In this document: piece after piece, positions 60,393-63,932 of the stretch
Numbering within the stretch: the first letter of the stretch is position 1
Layout of the letters: each line of letters starts with the position of its first letter
Assembly (NCBI GenBank): GCA_040901675.1
Contig: JBBDYJ010000025.1
Location: 1-63,932, forward strand
From: Pirellulales bacterium
GTDB lineage: Bacteria; Planctomycetota; Planctomycetia; Pirellulales; JAICIG01
Reading direction: 5' to 3'
DNA length: 63,932 bases
Program-made: the position numbers and the translations under genes
Notes under the pieces: generated by a model
Seen by the model: the letters and a program-made list of their open reading frames with translations, nothing else
Database searches by the model: none
What the model was told of the DNA's origin: nothing

Positions 60393-61715
60393 ATGCCCGA
60401 CCAGCCTCGGATCGCCTATCTCACCGCCGGCGGAGCGGGCATGTTCTGCGGCAGTTGCATGCGCGACAACACGCTGGCGGCCCAACTCATCCGGCTCGGC
60501 TGCGACGTACAACTCGTGCCGCTCTACACGCCGATTCGCACCGACGAAGAAGACGTCAGCGTCGACCGCGTCTTCTTTGGGGGCGTCAACGTCTACTTGC
60601 AGCAAAAGGTTCCCTGGCTGGGCCGGCTGCCCGGCTTTGTGCTCGGTTGGCTGGACCATCCGTGGTTGATCCGCCGCGTCTCCTCGTGGGGCATCGAAAC
60701 CAGCGGGCGGCAACTGGGCGGCCTGGCCGTCTCGGTGCTCAAGGGCGAACAGGGCAACCAGCGGGCCGAAGTCGAGCGCCTGATCGACTGGCTGGCCGGC
60801 GATGCAAGGCCGCACCTGGTCAACCTGAGCAACATCCTGATCGGCGGTTGCGTGCCGGCCATCCAACGGCGGTTGAACGTGCCGGTGCTGGTGACGTTGC
60901 AGGGGGACGACCTGTTCCTGGAAGACTTGGTCCAGCCGTACAAGGACCAGGCGCTGGCTGAAGCGCGGCGGCTGGCCGGCCTGGTCGACGGCTTTCTGGT
61001 CTTCAGCCGTTATTACGCGCAGTTCATGTCCGAGTACTTACAAGCGCCGATCGAGAAGTTCCACATCGTGCCGATGGGCCTGGCGCTCGGCGACTACCGG
61101 CACGAGCCTGCCCCGCGGCCGGCCGACGGCCCGCCGACGATCGGTTACCTGGCCCGGCTCTGTCCGGCCAAGGGGCTGCACCTCCTGGTAGAGGCCTTCC
61201 TGCTGTTGAGAAAAATGCCCGGCACCCAAGAGGCGCGGCTGCGCGTGGCCGGCTGGCTCTCGACGGCCGACAAGCCATACGCCGACGAGCAGTTCGCCCG
61301 GCTCGCGCGGGAGGCGGCCGGCTCGTTCGATTACGCGGGCGTGCTCGAGCGGCCGGGAAAGCTGGAGTTCTTGCGCTCGATCGACGTGCTCTCGGTGCCC
61401 ACGGTCTACCGCGAGCCGAAGGGCATTTTCGTGCTTGAAGCGTTGGCCAGCGGTGTGCCGGTGGTTCAACCGGACCACGGCGCCTTTCCCGAGCTGCTGG
61501 CCGCGACCGGAGGAGGGCGCCTGGTGCGTCCCGGCGATCCGGCCCACCTGGCCGAGTCGCTGCACGAGCTATTGACCGACCACGCGCAACGCACCGAGCT
61601 GGGCCACGTCGGCCGCCGGCGCGTGCACGCCGACTTCAGTGCCGAGAAGATGGCACTGGCCACGCTGGAGGTGTATCGGAACTTTAGTGGTCAGTGGTCA
61701 GTGGTCGGTGGTTAG
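60393..61715 (+). CDS. Glycosyltransferase family 4 protein
   Basis: CGSCMRDN, GYLAR..KG, EPKGIFVLEALASG (EX7E). Confidence 0.9.
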   Translation: MPDQPRIAYLTAGGAGMFCGSCMRDNTLAAQLIRLGCDVQLVPLYTPIRTDEEDVSVDRVFFGGVNVYLQQKVPWLGRLPGFVLGWLDHPWLIRRVSSWGIETSGRQLGGLAVSVLKGEQGNQRAEVERLIDWLAGDARPHLVNLSNILIGGCVPAIQRRLNVPVLVTLQGDDLFLEDLVQPYKDQALAEARRLAGLVDGFLVFSRYYAQFMSEYLQAPIEKFHIVPMGLALGDYRHEPAPRPADGPPTIGYLARLCPAKGLHLLVEAFLLLRKMPGTQEARLRVAGWLSTADKPYADEQFARLAREAAGSFDYAGVLERPGKLEFLRSIDVLSVPTVYREPKGIFVLEALASGVPVVQPDHGAFPELLAATGGGRLVRPGDPAHLAESLHELLTDHAQRTELGHVGRRRVHADFSAEKMALATLEVYRNFSGQWSVVGG

Positions 61716-61866
61716 TGGGCTCGCGCCCAGTGCTATTGACTCGCGCCCCTCCGCGGCTACCGTGGTGGCATTCCTGCTGACCTCTGAACTTCTGACTTCT
61801 GACACGGCGCATCACTGCTTCTCGGTCCCGACACGTCGGGACCTCCAAGCAGTGCCACTACTGATT

Positions 61867-63216
61867 ATGGATACCCTGCCGCGGCTGCTGGGCCCGTTTA
61901 GCGCGTTTACCCTCGTGGTCGGTTCGATCATCGGTTCGGGCATCTTTGTCAAGCCGCAACAAGTAGCCACGCACCTCGACAGCTTCGGCTTGATTATCGG
62001 AGTCTGGATCGTGGTCGGGCTGGTCACGCTTTGCGGATCGCTGGCGCTGGCCGAGCTGGCCGCCATGCTCCCCGCGGCGGGCGGCCCCTACGTCTATCTG
62101 CGCGAGGCCTACGGCCGCCTGCCCGCGTTCCTGTGGGGCTGGACGGAGTTCTGGGTGATCCGCACCGGCTCGCTGGGCGCCCTGTCGGCCGCCACGGCCA
62201 TTTACATGAGCCAGCTCGTCCCGCTGACGATGGGTGGCCAGGAAATGGTGGCCATTGCGATCGTCGTCGCGCTGTCGGCCATCAACATGGTCGGCACACG
62301 CTGGGGGGCGGCGGTGCAGAACCTGACCACCGTGCTCAAGATTGCGTTCCTCGGCTTGATCATCGTGCTGCCGTTTGCCATGCGGCAGGCCGATCCGGCC
62401 AACCTACTGCCGATTCTGCCGGCCGAGCCGTCGCCCAATCTTTGGCGCGGTTTGGCGATGGCCATGATCGCCGTGCTCTGGGCCTACGACGGCTGGATCA
62501 ACGTCGCTCCGGTCGCCGAGGAGATTCGCGATCCGCAGCGCAACGTCCCGCTGGCCCTGGCGCTGGGAGTGACAACGATCATCGTGCTCTACGTGCTGGC
62601 CACCACCGCGTATCACCTCGTGTTGACGCTCGACGAGGTGCGCGGCAGCGAGGCGGTGGCGGCCACGATGTGTTCCCGCCTTTTGGGCGGTTGGGGAGGC
62701 AAGCTGGTCGCCTTGGGCGTGATGTGCTCGACGTTCGGAGCGGTCAACTCGAACATGCTCACGGGGCCCCGCATTTATTTTGCCATGGCCCGCGACGGCC
62801 TGCTGCCCGCCGGCATCCGCCAGGTCCACCCTCGCTGGCAAACCCCTTTCAACGCGATCCTGCTGCAGGCCCTCTGGACCGTGGCCTTGATCGTCGCCGC
62901 CTATGCCTGGGCGGCCAACAAGACCGAGGCCACCCCCGTCGACGCCTTCGACACGTTGACCGACTTCGTGATCTTCGGCGGTTCGGTGTTCTACGCCCTG
63001 GCGGTGGCGGCCGTGTTCGTGCTGCGACGGACCCGGCCCGAGCTGCCCCGTCCCTACCGCACCTGGGGATATCCGCTGGTGCCGTCGCTTTACATGGTGG
63101 CCTTCGGGGCGGCCATGCTGAGCCTGCTCTTGAACAAGCCGATCGAGTCCTTGGCCGGCGCCACGCTGATCCTGGCCGGTGTCGTCTTCTATGCCTTCGT
63201 CCGCCGGGCTCGCTAG
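61867..63216 (+). CDS. APC family amino acid permease
   Basis: GSIIGSGIF, AELAAMLP.AGG.Y.Y, WAYDGW, EEIRDPQRN, RPYRTWGYP. Confidence 0.93.
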   Translation: MDTLPRLLGPFSAFTLVVGSIIGSGIFVKPQQVATHLDSFGLIIGVWIVVGLVTLCGSLALAELAAMLPAAGGPYVYLREAYGRLPAFLWGWTEFWVIRTGSLGALSAATAIYMSQLVPLTMGGQEMVAIAIVVALSAINMVGTRWGAAVQNLTTVLKIAFLGLIIVLPFAMRQADPANLLPILPAEPSPNLWRGLAMAMIAVLWAYDGWINVAPVAEEIRDPQRNVPLALALGVTTIIVLYVLATTAYHLVLTLDEVRGSEAVAATMCSRLLGGWGGKLVALGVMCSTFGAVNSNMLTGPRIYFAMARDGLLPAGIRQVHPRWQTPFNAILLQALWTVALIVAAYAWAANKTEATPVDAFDTLTDFVIFGGSVFYALAVAAVFVLRRTRPELPRPYRTWGYPLVPSLYMVAFGAAMLSLLLNKPIESLAGATLILAGVVFYAFVRRAR

Positions 63217-63220
63217 CGCC

Positions 63221-63463
63221 GGGTGGCTGGGGCAAAGCGGTAGCGTGCCCCAGGCAGTGACCAGTGGTCGGTGGTCGGTGGACCGTAGCAGGACTCCATG
63301 TCCCCTGCCTCCTGACTTCTGCCTTCCTCCTTCTGCCTTCTGCCTTCGTCCTTCTGCCTTCTGCCTTCGTCCTTCTGCCTTCACCCGGGTGGCTGGGGCA
63401 AAGCGGTAGCGTGCCCCAGTCTTCGTCCGTGTTGCTATTCTGCCTTCCTCCTTCTGCCTTCTG
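63221..63463. repeat. Two family C REP-like palindromes (63221-63253, 63387-63419) interspersed with TTCTGCC/GTGGTCG heptamer arrays
   Basis: 33-bp exact duplication and heptamer runs directly visible. Confidence 0.85.
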
Positions 63464-63557
63464 CGGCCGCTCTGTTGACCTTTCCGAGCCGGCCAGTGAG
63501 AATTGAACCCGACGTTTCCGGTTTCCCGACTGGCCATCAGCGGCCCAGGGGTCAGCC

Positions 63558-63932
63558 ATGTCGATCTCGGTGGTCTGCCAAGGCTGCGGCGAGTCGTATC
63601 AACTTTCGGAGCGATTCGCCGGGCAGCAACTCAAATGCCAGGTCTGCCAGCAGCCGGTTTATGTGCCGGCGGTCTTCTCCGGCGGCACGCCCGCCCCCGA
63701 CGCGGAACGATCGCGCACACATCGACCAAGCTTCGCTTCCGGTGCCTACGAGCAGCCGGCGGTTGTTCCAATCGCGCCGTCGAAACAGACGGTTGCCATG
63801 GACTGCAGGCGCTGCGCCCGGCGGTATCGAATCCCCGCCGAGTTGGCCGGCACCGCGATGCCGTGCCGCCTCTGCGGCGATCCGCTGGTCGCCGCCCGTC
63901 CCCGCCCCCCCCCCCCCCCCCCCCCCCCCCCC
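63558..63932 (+). CDS. Zinc-ribbon N-terminal protein, partial (runs into poly-C contig end)
   Basis: MSISVVCQGCG..KCQVCQ and second CRRC..CRLCG unit. Confidence 0.7.
   Translation, partial: MSISVVCQGCGESYQLSERFAGQQLKCQVCQQPVYVPAVFSGGTPAPDAERSRTHRPSFASGAYEQPAVVPIAPSKQTVAMDCRRCARRYRIPAELAGTAMPCRLCGDPLVAARPRPPPPPPPPP

Noticed and set aside
63900..63932. Poly-C tract at the window end
   Set aside because: Most likely a sequencing or assembly end artefact rather than a biological homopolymer

Overview
High-GC bacterial chromosomal window, most likely Planctomycetota (Pirellulales-like). The assignment rests on a Planc_extracel-type LEPLEDRKLLA motif, DUF4058, a BBP7-like barrel, sulfatases and zinc-ribbon/WD40/HEAT proteins. 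Most of it is core or lineage-typical (eno, guaA, surE, trmB, rsmA, ribE, psd/pssA, pfk, fabZ-like, M16 protease). Highlights: (1) tRNA-Sec (selC, UCA anticodon, 42840-42936, minus) and, 28 kb away, a TlpA-like lipoprotein split by an in-frame UGA at a UxxC active site, i.e. a selenoprotein the ORF track misses. (2) A ~2.7 kb integrase-less island at the selC 3' end with a 22-bp att duplication. It carries a compact TIGR04255 / small protein / ART-RES-like three-gene module (candidate defence or toxin-antitoxin-chaperone system) and an ORF that is contiguous only across the reconstituted attP. (3) A FAAL-ACP-alpha-oxoamine synthase fusion convergent with a YghO/bCerS-like GNAT, a candidate sphingolipid/ceramide module. 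(4) Two adjacent surface proteins sharing an unnamed beta-domain but with different anchoring modules. (5) A 6S-like structured RNA, several REP/MITE-like repeat families, heptamer repeats running into gene 3' ends, and three genes broken by deletions or frameshifts. All family assignments are by motif recognition, not database search.
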